Below are positions 50,901 to 64,000 of a stretch of 64,000 bases of DNA, piece by piece. Source of the stretch: Podarcis cretensis (taxonomy: Eukaryota); contig OX638150.1 of NCBI GenBank assembly GCA_951804945.1, positions 103,354,001-103,418,000 of the forward strand, written 5' to 3'. The notes below the pieces were generated by a model that saw only the letters and a program-made list of their open reading frames with translations, did not search any database and was not told the origin of the DNA. The translations under genes were made by a program, and so were the position numbers. How positions within the stretch are numbered: the first letter of the stretch is position 1; each line of letters opens with the position of its first letter.

Positions 50901-52845
50901 GTCATGGGTAGGCAAACTAAGGCCTGGGGGCCAGATCTGGCCCAATCACCTTCCCAATCCGGCCTGCGGATGTTCCAGGAAACAGCATGTTTTTACATGA
51001 GTAGAATGTGTCCATTTATTTAAAATGCATCTCGGGGTCATTTGTGGGGCCTAGGAATTCATTCTTTCTTATTTCAAAATATTCTGGCCCCCCAGAAATT
51101 TTTCTTTATAACCAGCCAGTATCTACTGATGTTTTAGTGATGTGCTCATTGTAGATATTTATAGACTGTTTTTATTGTATTTTTTTTATTGAAAGCCGTC
51201 TTGATATATTTCATGAAAAGTGCAGGTTCTAAATAGTGGAATTAATGAATGAATGGCTGGCTGGCAGGCCGTTGGACACAGAGAGAGAACCAATGCTGTC
51301 AGGATGTCATTCCCTTGCAAATGGCTCATCTGATTGCCGTAGGACATAAGAGATGTGGGCTTTGGTGTCATTAAGATCCGTGTATTAAAACATACCAGCT
51401 CTTGGGAATTCAACTAACCAGTCCCACCAGCTTCAGCCCAAGCAAGGACAGCACAGTGGGGCTTGCACCCCTCTCCTCTCTTCATGTACCCCCACCCTAT
51501 GAAATTGGCTAGGGGTGGGGAGAATCCCCAGAACAACATACAGTGGGGGGGAGGGGGATTGTTCTGTCTCGCAAGCTGCCCGGGTATATGTAAGTTAACA
51601 ACAAGAAGTACTGCAAGTACGTAGAGTATGCAGGGCTGTAGGCGGTAATTCCTACATTGTGTGAAGCAACCCTGAATTACAGTACTGGGGCAGAAGGTAA
51701 GGGGAGCTCTGGCAGGTTCCTTTCAAAGGAGAGAACCCAAATGCAACACAAACAGTGACAACATGGCTGCATGGGAGCTTCCTTCCCAAGGCAAATGGCA
51801 GGCACATGAGCCCCTGTCTGGACCCAGACCATAGCAGGGGCAGGGTTAAAGCCCCTCTTCCTCTCCTCCCCCTTGCACTTCATGCCATGATCTCCCTCTA
51901 GATTCTGTCCCCCATGACTGCTGTATAGTAAAGCCCAACACAAGCATGCAAAGACCAACCATGTGATTAGTGTCGCATCTAGCTTGGCCCTGTGCCACCC
52001 TTGGCTTCAAGAGACTTCAAAGTCCATCGCCAATAGATCTCACAATGAGAACCATCGTTTTGGATATTGTGAAGAATGCATTCTTATAGACTTCTCCTCT
52101 GTAGCAGCAGAGTATCAAAAAATGAGATGAGAACCCAGGTGCCTATGTGGATATTGATGCCGAATCCACAAAAGGCGCAGATGGCATTTTCCCTCCTCTC
52201 AGATGATTAATCCAATATCTTGCCCCTTGCCCAAAAAAAATACTTTAAAAAACAACAACAACATGCTTTTGATATGAGAAATCAAATCATCCAGCGAAGC
52301 TCCCAAGATTGCAAAGATCTAAACAAAAATTAATTTATTTCCCCCCTCCCCTCCTTGTACTTCTTGAAGACACGAGCCTGCCTGACCAGAAGATAAGGAT
52401 TAAAACAGATGTGCTTAGCAGCTAGTTCATCTGCTTAAGTCTAGCAGTCTCTGAGATCAGTGATTAAAAAGCCATCTCGAACTTTGATGAAATCCACAGC
52501 CCTGGTAATATGCAGGCCCTGATAGCTTTCTTTTGCAGAGCCCCTGTCTGTCTAAACCGGACGTAGGAAGCATTTGACTGGAGATGATATGTGGATTATA
52601 TGGGTCAATTATACACTTAATCTGCCTTCTCTGCAGAGATTAAATGTTCATAGATTGACTCTGTGTATTTGGCTTGCCCTTGGCAGTTACCGGATCAGGA
52701 AGGTTGCCCTTACTGAAAAGTCTGGTAAGAACTTAATCATGCAGTGATAGGGCCCGATGATACTGGGATGCTAACTGCTCTATGCTTTTTCAGGAGACTT
52801 GACTTACCATTTCACTGTCACTTTACAATCAGCTGTACAGTATGT

Positions 52846-52952
52846 TAAGGTTACCAGACGTCCCCGTTTCCCGTTACAAACCAGTCCCCATACAAAATCC
52901 ATTGAAGTTGAAAAGGGTCCCCGAATTCATTGAAAAAAATCTGGTAACCTTA
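52846..52952. mobile_element. hAT-type MITE
   Basis: 13-bp perfect TIR taaggttaccaga / tctggtaacctta; perfect 8-bp TSD cagtatgt at 52838-52845 and 52953-52960. Confidence 0.85.
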
Positions 52953-55900
52953 CAGTATGTGCCTGGATGTTTTCCTAGATGTATATATATATATATTTCC
53001 CCACTGTTGATGGAACCACTTAGAAAACACCTCTTCATACAGTGGATCTAAAAATGAGACTTCAGAACAAAAGGAAAATGTATTAACAAGCAGAAAAGAG
53101 AATGGCTTGGTCAATAGCATAACCCTCAACTGTCCCAATTAAATCGAGATATCCCATTTTTAGATGCCATACTCTCATGTGGGTCATGTAACTCACCCAG
53201 GAGCATGGCCCAGAAGATGTGTGTTCTGGTTTTTGGCTATGACAGGTTGGACTTACCTGACACAATTCATCCTGAGTTTGAACGGCTCCACCATGCACAC
53301 AAGTTAACATGATATGGGTAGTTTGTGCAGAGATGTTCCCACTGTTTTGGAAGGAGGGGGAGTTTGCACAAATTGGGCCTCTCTATTGAGGCCCTGTTGG
53401 AAGTTCCAGCCTTAAGGGAGGCCCAGGGAGCCTTCTCAGCACTCCAGATGTGGAAAGCATTCCCCCTCCCCATGAGGTTACTGCCTTATAACCAGTCAAG
53501 ACCACTGGTCCATCTTGCTCAATATTGTCAGTGTCTGCAATGACTGGCAACTGCTGTTCAGGGTTTCAGATGGGAACATTTTCAGCCCTAACTGGAAATG
53601 CCAGGGATTGAACCTATGACCTTCTGCATGCGGCTCATGTGTCTCTACCACTGAGCCACAGCCCTAGTACCAATGTTGTTCAGCTTTCGGAACCAGTTAA
53701 AGACCTGTGTTTCCTGGCAGGCATTTTAATGTAGAGGCATGCCTAGATCTCAGGTAACTGATGGTCTTGTTGATATTGCATCTTGTTTTAATATTTGTTG
53801 TTTTTATGTATTTGTTGTTGGGATTTCAGTGCAAAGGGCAGGATGTAAGGTTTTTTTGTGGAAATAAATAAATGTTAGATTATGTGTGCTATGAGGAAGG
53901 GGGCACACAAAAACCTAATCTTGCAGTGCAGGAAAGGAATCACGAGCTGGGTAAGCATGTGATCTGCCCCACTAGATTCAAAGAATATGGAATCAGGGCT
54001 CTGAGATCAGGTCTAAATGGTACATCTACCCAGTGCTTTTTTCTGGGGGGTACTCAAGGGTACAGAGAACCAGCAGTTTTTATTTTCAAATGTTAAAAGT
54101 GCGGCGCTGCTGTAACAACTTCATGGTGAGTACCAGCACTTTTTTTTCTATTATTTCTATTGCATGTACCGTGTTGTTAGGTGCTGTTGCTGTAAGCAAA
54201 GAGCAAACTGCTGCATGTGTTTTTGCTCTCGAGGAGTCTTGTGTGATGTGTGATATTTCCTGTCTGCCCCTCGTAATTGACTGCTCTTTTTCACTGTATT
54301 TGTTGGAACATATTTCATTAGGCATACTTATTATTGAAATGGAAGTTCAGTCTTTTGTTTCTGGAGTCTTTGCTCTTAAACTAATATGGCCAGCCCTGGT
54401 CAGGCAGGTTAATGCCAGTACTTTGACAGAGAAGCGTAGAGAAAAAGGGGGCTAGATTGTCTCCACAAGATTGGCCTCCCGGCTGCCACACAAACACACA
54501 AATTAATTCCTCCCAAGCTGCATCCCATGTGAACCTAATAATAAAGATTCACAGCACCATGTGATTAGGATAGTGTAGCAAACTATCAGAGGATTCTTAA
54601 GGTGAGAAGTGTGATACTTTCAGCACGCCACCCGAGTTTGCCTTCGAGCAGAAGCGTCTCATTACAACTCCAAACATCTCAAGGTGAGTGTAATGTTCGG
54701 AAACCTGTGTGAGATAGGCGTGGGAAAAGGGAGACGGAAGGAAGCCAAGAGTCCCTTTTGTTATTATGAATGACTGCCATGTTGCAGATCCACATCCATT
54801 GACGACAGAGATTCTTCTCATCAGTTTTAGTATGTCTCCATAATGTTGAGTCTGACAAAGCAACAACATGCCCTCTCCACAAACAAATCAGAATGAATGC
54901 TCATTAAATAGCCAGTGTTTTCTAATTTTCCTACAAACAAATCAGGATGGAAACTCAATAGGTTGGCTGGAAGCAACCTGAGCTGCTCAAAATGTGCATG
55001 CTCTTTTCAAGGATTTGGGCATTACTTAAGGCCTCTTGATATCCTGACTTTATTAATATGTATTGTCGTGACAGTGCAGAAAATAGGGTGCAGTTTCAAG
55101 TATGTAAGGCATGTGGGCCCAGGTTTGCAGGGCTACTACGGCATATCAGCAGCGCAGAGCCACACCAAGATATCTGATAGGGCGGCTACATGTCCTACTT
55201 TAGAGAGAGCAGTCCTCTACTTTGAAGGGCTGTCAGAGGACTGCTGTCTCTGTCAAGGTGTCCTCTCACTGAAGCACAAACTGGTTTAAAGATAACAATA
55301 AAAAGGGAGAGCAGGGACCTTGAAGTTGGTGACACCAGCCAGGAGACTGAACAGGCTCACCTGTCTCCTTCTCACAGCCCTCCCCCACTAGGGTGAGATG
55401 TAACACTTTTCTACTTAATGTTCAATATAATAATTATTTCCAAATTTGTATCTATAAATATAAAATATCAAATGCAAATTTTATGCAAATCGTTGTCCTC
55501 TTTTTTGAGCCATCTTATTGGAGCCAGAAAAGATCAGGTAGCTCTCTGTTTGAAGAAGTGCCTGGTCTAAACCTGGTTAAAAGACAAGGGAGATCAGGGG
55601 CCTTGCAATTGCCCATCACCTGGCCACGGCCTCACCCACTATGGTGAGATGTGCTGTATTTCTATTGAAATTATTGTAACTGTTTCTAAATTTTCAAATT
55701 AGCACGTGCAGATTTTTTGTCCTCTTTTGATTATGTGTAAATGACCACACTAGGTGGAGGGTCAGGGGTGGGGATTTCATTAATATGAGCACTGTATAAA
55801 TCATTATTCCCCAGCACCCCAGATCTTTTGGACTGCTACTTCCACCATCCCTGCCCATCAGCCATTGGAGGTCTATTTCTCTGATGTAGATTTTTACAGG

Positions 55901-58900
55901 AGATGAAAGGGAAAACAGTTGTTTTGGGGGCTTCAAGAACATGCTCCCGTCACACCAACATGCTAGCCCTGAGGCATTTCTCAGCTTATCCTTAACTGCA
56001 CATCCACTACCGAGAAAAGGACAAGAGAAAGGTTTAAGGGGGTTGATTAATAGTGGAAATGTTTTCTTGACAAATGCAGAAGAGTTGCACTTGTGTAAGA
56101 AATTGCTATCTATAGTATGTCAGAAGGTTTATTCCCTTGTGAAGTATTTAATTTAAGAAGGGCTTAGTCTAATTTATTTTAGATAGACTCTTAACAAAAT
56201 AAGTCCTAGATTTGTCACTTGGCTTTGCATGCTTGTAGGAGTTTATGCTCCCAAAGATCTTTATCGAAGCAGCTTTTCGTGTTCCAGCAGACATTTGGTG
56301 AAGACAGTTAATTGGTTTTCTTTTCCAGGGGAGACTGTTCCACTAATCACTTCTACACTGGTGCAGACCCACGTATGTTAATGGGGCTGCATCAGTGTAA
56401 ACAGTCGCCGAATTGCTGCTTGAGAAATCAGACCAATTATTCTGTTACTTGAAACTCTCACTGACATGTTTAGTGTCATATTTTCTGTGTCTGAAAATGT
56501 GGTTATATTTTTAATGGCAGATTGAAGGCATCAGACAATCCTGGGTTGGTTTGTGCTTTTTTTGGAGGAGTAGGGAGATTGCTGCTGGAATTAAATATTA
56601 TATTGTCAAGTAGCCCAGCAGAAGACTGCTGTTTCTTTTCTCCTGAAAAGTTGTCACGTTAATGTTTATGAGCTATAATACAAAATGATTAGCCACCTTG
56701 GGTTATATCCAGTGAGGGAAGTACTTCTGCTCATGAAAGGCTCGGCCCCCAAAAAGCTACACCTGAGGGTTAGGAAGATATTCCACAACATAGAATAGAG
56801 GAGGTAAGAGGATCCGCAAAAATTGGATGCCCCACCTTCCCTGAGCAGAGGTTCTCCCACTTCCTAATGCCACACAATAGTACTGAGCACCACAAACAAG
56901 GAACCTGATGCATACTTTTCTTACAACTCTACCAGAATCAAACCTTGTTCAAGCTGTAGGATGGAACCAACATAATACAGTCAGCCTATGGCTAATCAGC
57001 TGGCATGTTTAACATGTATTTGGTTCCCTGTATCTCTATTGTGGTTGCATTTTATTTTCCTGCAAACAGCTCTTACCAGAACTTGCTGGTGGGCAGACAA
57101 CGCAGGAGGTGTATTGCACTCATGATGTCCTGCTTTGTGGGCTTCCAAGAATCGTATGACTGGCCACAGTGGAAAACAGGATGCTGGACTAGAGTGGCCT
57201 GACCTAGCAGGGCTTTTCTTAATGATCTGTTATTACCAGTTGATAAGCAAGTGTGGTGGGGAGAGCCGTTGCCTTCATGCCCTGTGTGTGAGCTTCCTAG
57301 AAGAGTTAACTACTCTTGCAAACAATGCTTGACTAGATGGGCCTTCAGTCTGATGATTCACCAGAGCTCCCCTTCCTTTGTATAGGGTGTTTTTGAATGT
57401 TCCATGTATCCTGCCTGCACCCCTACACCAGAAGGTATTGCCCATGTTATTATACCCACATTATCGATGGGAGACTGAGTGGCTTGTGTAAGGCTACCCT
57501 GCTTAATGAGTTTATGGCGAAGATGAAATTTTAATTGTGAAATTCTCAATATGTAGTTCAGTTTCTCAGGCACAATGTTTTTCCAGAGTAGCTATAATTA
57601 TTTATTGAATTTATATCCTATCCTTCACCTCCAAGGAACCCAGGACAGCAAACAGATACACAATTTAAAAACAAAACCATTCTAAAAGCAGTTGCACTTA
57701 AAAACATTCCTCCGATCAATGAGTTTGGGGTCAGCAGGGGCAGTATTCTTCAGCCATGAAACGTCCATGTAAACAAGAAGGTTTTCAAATTCCTTCTGAA
57801 GGTTAATCATGGTGGAAACAGGCGCACCTCACTAGGGAGGATATTCCACAACCAGGGAACCACCACTGAAAATACTCAGTGCCAATTTGGCAGCCCCCGG
57901 CGGTGACACCACCAACAAGGCTTCACCTGCCAATTGTAGAGTCCAAGATGCTTGGCACTGAGGAAATAAGAGCTTACCAGCTGTTACTATCCTACCAGCT
58001 GCTCAGGGCATTAATAAAGGAAGAAAGTGTACAGAGCAACCCTTTCTCTAGCTGAACAGATATTCTGATGGCAGCTATGCTTATGGAACATCTCTGGCAG
58101 ATGGGACACGTAACTGCTCACCCCACATCCTGAACAAAGTGTGGCACTGACAATTTCAAGAAAGGAATGTGCTGATAGTGTTCCAAGAGGAATACCTTTC
58201 CTTCTTAAATATAATCTGCCAGTTTAAGTGTTGTCTCCATCAGTCTTCCCTAACCTGGTGCCCTCCAGTTTTGGACTGCATGCCCAACTCTGTTGCGTGT
58301 GCAGTTTATAGTAAAAGCAAATATTTTGGAGAGAGAGAGGCGATGCAGAAAACCTGAAAAGCCCATCACATTTGCAAACATCTTAACTCTCAGAAGGGCT
58401 GCAGAATTTTCCTGCGGCACTGTATAACCAAAAGGAAGAAAATTGACTGTAAAAATAAAAAGGTCACTAATCCTACTTTAGATTAAATGGGGGAGGGAGA
58501 TGTTGAGGAGAAAGGGAGTCTACCCAAAAAACCATGCGGGGTGGGGAGAAGAAAATGCTGCACCATTCAAACTCTTCTTTAAAAGAAAATGTCTTTCTTT
58601 TTAATTGAATTGTGGCATGGTTTGGTAGAAAGGTCAAATGAGAGGATATAATATCTCTTAGGGGCTGACAAAACCTCAGCTGACTTTAACTGAAGGTATC
58701 CAAGCAAAACAGGATTGGGCCTGAAATTTGGAAGTGACAATCAATACAGTAAATCCCCTCTTATGCAGACCTATCTAATCCAAATCCTTCCTTATTCTGG
58801 ACATGCCTTATGTCACACATCTAATGGGAACAAATATTTTGTCCCCTCTTCTTCGCCTGCCCCTTCCTCCCTAACACAGACAGAAAACATGTCAAGGAGA

Positions 58901-61900
58901 TAAACAACTATACAACTTTTAGAAGACATCTGAAGGCAGCTCTATATAGGGAAGTTTTTATTGTTTGATGTCTCACAGTGTTTCTATATTTTGTTGGAAG
59001 TCACCCAGAATGGCTGGGGCAACTTGTTGTTGTTGTTGTTATAGCAGAGTGCATATCTTTCCTTTTCACTCTCTTCACTGTCTCTGGCATTTTCAGCCCA
59101 TTCCTAAACAATGGTCACCTCCAGCAAATACCATATCTTTCAATCTCCTGTGTGCAATAAATATATTGCCAGGGCTGGAGACCTGGAAGCAAGCAGGTGT
59201 TAATGAGCAGCAGGGCAGCACAGTTGGAAAGCAGACAGGCTCATGGGGGGAAGCAGGCAGATGGATGGGCAGGGACAGGTGATTGTAGAACAGCTCAAGC
59301 ACTCTCTGAGTAACCTGATCCTCATACTGCGGAATCAGGCCAGAGTTAGAAGTTGTGCTGCACCAAAGGTAGACCCGGTGGTGCCTTGTGACACCTGACT
59401 TGTGCTGCTATGGTAGTTGCAGTGCATCTCTGTAGCCATCCAGACTTGCAGGTGCTGAATGCCAACTTAGGAACAAGCCAGCAGGCCCTTTTTCCTGCTG
59501 CCATAGCTCCCAGGTAAAGACTTCTGGTAGCTTATTTCGGCCCTCTGCTGGCTTGATGGAAGCTGCTGCAAAGCAGACTACTGCATGTCCCAGTGCATGT
59601 TGGGCTCTACTGCCCTTCTTTGGTGAATACATAAATTATCATCCACATTAAAATGTACTCAATGTTGTACACAGCCTTAAGTGCAACAATCAAGTGCTTG
59701 CTTTCAGACATCATGACTCCTGGATCCAGGCCCATGCAGAGGGTGGGGCAGCCGAGTAAACTTATCCTGGCCCTCGGAGAGCTAAGCTGGCTGGGCAGAC
59801 CTTGCTAAGAATCTGTTGAACCTATGCTGTCATGCCAAGAATATTCTGGGCCCCCAGCCATCCGGGGCCTCACAAGTTCTGCATGGGCCTGCCTGGACCA
59901 ACATCATTATTTTAAGAGAGTGCAATGCTGTTGTTTTATGCCTCTAGGAATTATTCAGCACAACACTTGGCGGGTTGAGAGTTACAATGGATGACAAGTG
60001 TCATTGTTTTGTTCTAGGCCAGCTTTTGCCAACCTGGTGTCCTCCAGTTTGAGGCTACAACTCCCACCAGCCCCAGCCAGCCCATGAAGGGAGCTGTAAT
60101 CCAAAACATACAGCGGTCATCAGTTTGGCAAAGCCCGTGGCATGCAAAAAGTAGTGTCCTGCTGGTGGACCAGCATATTCCAGTTGCCATTCTGTTTTGC
60201 TATAACTAATATGCAGGCATATGGCCACCAGAATTGATGGTAAAGGAAGTGGGAGTCATGAGTTGTCAGGACTAAGCACCAGCAAATGGCCTGCAAACAC
60301 AGTACGTCTGTGATAGGCTCCAGGGCATCCATACTTTTGCTGCTGTTGTAAGCTAAAGAGGCGAGATAGTTCTACAATAAGGGCACTGATGCAAAGGAAG
60401 CAGAATTCCCTCCAGTATTAGAGGCAGTGTGATTCCAAGTGCAAGTTCTTTAGAGTTTAACTGCATACAAAACAAGGCTACTACCAGCTTGCCCTAGCCA
60501 GTGGGCTAAGGAGACACTTCCCAGCATCAGACTGAGGTGGTGCTTGGCAGTGTTTAGTCCTCTACCTCAGCAACAAAGGTTTAGCCCAGTTCCCTACAGA
60601 GTTCTCACCCTTCTTTCTCTTTTTCTGTGGACTGCCCAGTCACACACCACTGGCAAGCAAACCACTGGTGCATATTAGATTAACAGTCATAGGTCACTTA
60701 TTTCCTCTTGATCTGTAGCCCTTTTCTTTTCTACCACCCAATATCCTTTTAAATCTTGCCCCCACCCTGCATTTATGATATCAGCCTACAAAAATGCTCA
60801 CAAATAGCCAGGAGATCCATTTGCAACCCCATGTATGGCACTGGAAGGAACAGCGAGGACATTATTCAGCCATTCACTGAACATCCAGTTCACAGTGAAT
60901 ACCTAGCCTGCCCTTAAAACACTCACTTTACAATGCGAAAGCTACACAAGAGGACTCAATTAAGGTTACTGAGTCCAGTTTGTGACGTCTTTTGATTCCG
61001 CTTCTAGTGTTAAAGCATAAATACCAGTACAATTAAAGTATTGTATGACTGTCGTTATTCTATTGCAATGTGCAAAATAACATTACATCCCAATTACGCT
61101 GGTGCTGGATTGCAATCCATTGACTAGGAAAGGGCATGGCCCTTCACAAAATTGCTATGTAGGTAGTCTGTTTAGTTAAGGACCTTTATAGGAGAACTGA
61201 GTGTAAAATATCAACATTCTTTTTTTAGAGAGAGAGAACAAACAAGAGAATACAATATTCAAAAAGAGGCCTTTAAAAAAAAAAAAGCAGAGCTATACAT
61301 TTCCTTTGAGACCCTCTACAATTCACTGTTTCAGGTGTCTGTTTTAAAAAGACCTAAATAATACACAGTTTATGCAGGGTTACAAAAACCAGATTATATC
61401 CCGCAGACTTGGTAGCTAGTGCTACATAGCTGTTATTTCATTCCAAGCATTCACAATGGTCCACCAGTCTCTCACACTTCCTCCCAGAAAACCTGTAATG
61501 ATCATACCTTTCCATCCAAGCAGCAAATTTTCACTGTGTCATAAGGTCAGGGCATAAATTTCCCAGATCCATTGTATTCGGGGTGGGGGGCGTGTTCCTC
61601 TGGAGTCACAGTATTTGTTCAATGGCAAAGATGACCAACCTCTCTATTCTCTGTGCAGTGCCATAGGTCTGGGGACCAGGAGTATGTCTTCTTGCACAAA
61701 GAACTCTTGCCATGAAAGTGGGGACCATTGCATAGGAACACAGAACGCTGCTTTATTCTGTTGATCTATCTAGTCCAACAGCTCACCCTACACACAAGGG
61801 GCATTCCCAATGGTCCTAGTTAGAGCTGCCAGGGATTGAACCTGCGGCCTTCTGCATGGGGAACCTTTGGCTCTCCAGATGTTAATAGATTCTAACCTCC

Positions 61901-62006
61901 GTTAGCTGCAGGTGGCATGGACATTGGTAAGCGATTATAGGACTTGTAGTCCAACAAAATCCAGATGGCCACAGTTTCTGTATCCCTGCTGCTGCAAGCA
62001 ATTGAG

Positions 62007-62525
62007 GTTGTTGTTGTTTAGTCATTTAGTCATGTCCGACTCTTTGTGACCCCATGGACCAGAGCACGCCAGGCACTTCTGTCTTCCACTGCCTCCCACA
62101 GTTTGGTCAAACTCATGCTGGTATCTTCGAGAACACTGTCCAACCATCTCGTCCTCTGTTGTCCCCTTCTCTGTTGTGCCCTCCATCTTTCCCAACATCA
62201 GGGTCTTTTCCAGGGAGTCTTCTCTTCTCATGAGGTGGCCAATGTATTGGAGTCTCAGCTTCACAATCTGTCCTTCTAGTGAGCACTCAGGGCTGATTTC
62301 CTTAAGAATGGAGAGGTTTGATCTTCTTGCAGTCCATGGGACTCTCAAGAGTCTCCTCCAGCACCATAATTCAAAAGAATCAATTCTTCGGCGATCAGTC
62401 TTCTTTATGGTCCAGCTCTCACTTCCATACACTGCTACGGGGGAAACCATAGCTTTAACTATACGAACCTTTGTTGGCAAGGTGAGGTCTCTGCTTTTTA
62501 GAATGCTGTCTAGGTTTGTCATCAT
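62007..62525 (-). mobile_element. BovB (RTE) LINE 3' fragment
   Basis: ORF MTNLDSILKSRDLTLPTKVRIVKAMV...ELWCWRRLLRVPWTARRSNLSILKEISPECSLEG is the BovB RT C-terminus; (CAA)n tail. Confidence 0.92.
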
Positions 62526-63058
62526 ATGACCATATCTTGATTAAAATTCAGATATGGTGATGGTGAGTAGCTACATTTAGATGTCACCTTTCTCCCAAGG
62601 TGAAAGCTAAAAGCTCACGGTTTCACACCGTCCAACTTTTATAACAACTTTATCTTCATAACAACAGCCCTGTGAAATAAATTGGGCTGAGAGGCAGTGG
62701 TTGGCCCAAGGTGATCTTCATGGCTGAGGCAGGATCTGATCTCTGGATCTCACCACTGCTTGCCCAGCGCCTCAAGCACTGCACCACAGTGACATCATAG
62801 TCAGAGGTCACATGCAGGCTGTCAATGTGCAAGCCTTGTTCTGTGGAGTTCTTTGGCACCAGAGGTGTTCTGCAAATGAGATTTGTTTGCTCTAATGCTC
62901 TGGATAAAAGAATGTTGCATTAAAGTAGAGAATATATGGAAATTCTTTAAGAAAATCTTGCATCCCACTCATGCCTTTCATTACTGGAATCTCTATCAGA
63001 TCACATTCTTTGTCCTTAATTTTAAACTGTTTTGTCCCTCGATACCGATTATTCTGAA

Positions 63059-63413
63059 GGGACGCGGATGGCGCTGTGGGTTAAACCACAGAGCCTAGGA
63101 CTTGCCGATCAGAAGGTCGGCGGTTCGAATCCCCGCAATGGGGTGAGCTCCCATTGCTCTGTCCCTGCTCCTGCCAACCTAGCTGTTCGAAAGCATGTCA
63201 AAGTGCAAGTAGATAAATAGGTACCGCTCTGGCGGGAAGGTAAACGGCGTTTCCGTGCGCTGCTCTGGTTCACCAGAAGCGGCTTAGTCATGCTGGCCAC
63301 ATGACCCGGAAGCTGTACGCCGGCTCCCTCGGCCAATAAAGCGAGATGAGCACCACAACCCCAGAGTCAGCCACAACTGGACCTAATGGTCAGGGGTCCC
63401 TTTACCTTTACCT
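63059..63413 (+). mobile_element. Sauria SINE (full length)
   Basis: GGGACGCGGATGGCGCTGTGGGTTAAA head, (ACCTTT)n tail, TSD tacc(g/a)attattct at 63043-63055 and 63414-63426. Confidence 0.9.
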
Positions 63414-64000
63414 TACCAATTATTCTAGTTTATAGCTGTGACAAGTGTTGGCTTGAGACCATTCTGGTGGCCACCAGAGTAACAATGGTTGCATGGGGGT
63501 CAACTGATTTAAGCACTCATATTCAGTACAGAGCAGCATTGAAAGCAGCAAAAGCCAAAAACTAGGATTGCAGGAGGCTGAGAACAACGGTACTGAATTC
63601 TCACTTCTTCATAATGCAGCTGACCACCTCCTCTTATGTAAGCAGAGATCTTACTTTTCAAATGGTGCTCTCATTCACATATCAAGCTCCGTGCAGCTTC
63701 ACCTCTGAATACCATTTGCTGGGATCCACAAGTGAGAGCAGCGTTCCAGGCTTCTCTTGGCCACTGTGAGAACAGGGCGATGGGCATATTCTTAAATGTA
63801 CCAACAAACGTGTCTTGTTTCATTATCTGTACATGCATTGGGAAGCTGTGGTTCACCACAACTTCACTTGCTGTGTACATGCAGTCAAGTAAATTTGTAT
63901 ATGAGTTTTCCTTCATGAAAATGATACCCATAAAGAGGAGGCTATTTGCCACGAAGCATCATTTACACAGGGAGTAACTGTATTCATTCATTGGTGCGAT

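Noticed and set aside
54679-54882. QWMWICN peptide faintly like the next CADPS exon (QWY...ICTW)
   Set aside because: Wrong strand and no real similarity; the next exon was not found in the window
63059-63140. tRNA-like sequences (also at the other SINE heads)
   Set aside because: These are SINE 5' heads followed by SINE bodies, tails and TSDs, not tRNA genes

Overview
Eukaryotic, intron-rich DNA from a squamate reptile. The Sauria/Squam-type SINEs, BovB, CR1/L2 and Penelope content point to a lacertid lizard (inference). The whole window lies inside one + strand gene, CADPS (CAPS1, Ca2+-dependent activator protein for secretion). Nine coding exons of the C-terminal half (MHD1/MUN region onward) were read directly with GT-AG boundaries and consistent phases: 1324-1465, 13285-13431 (147-nt cassette), 17432-17587, 19708-19855, 29484-29498 (15-nt microexon FAKEW), 30982-31056, 32832-32915, 41911-41943 and 46166-46273. 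Three of these are missed by the ORF track. The next exon (QWY...) was not found, so the gene continues beyond the window. Most other ORF-track entries are intronic noise or TE remnants. The most interesting signals are RNA-structural: (1) an intronic editing-complementary sequence at 47614-47668 that pairs with the exon carrying the known mammalian CAPS1 E>G A-to-I recoding codon; (2) a Penelope-type 104-bp inverted repeat with two minimal hammerhead ribozymes, where the sense-strand copy is mutated in stem III; (3) a candidate 21-nt in-frame microexon or alternative acceptor held in the loop of a stem; (4) further candidate micro/terminal exons and a homeodomain/TCF motif cluster that may be a FEZF2-region enhancer. 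No prokaryotic-type system, CRISPR array or true RNA gene is supported.
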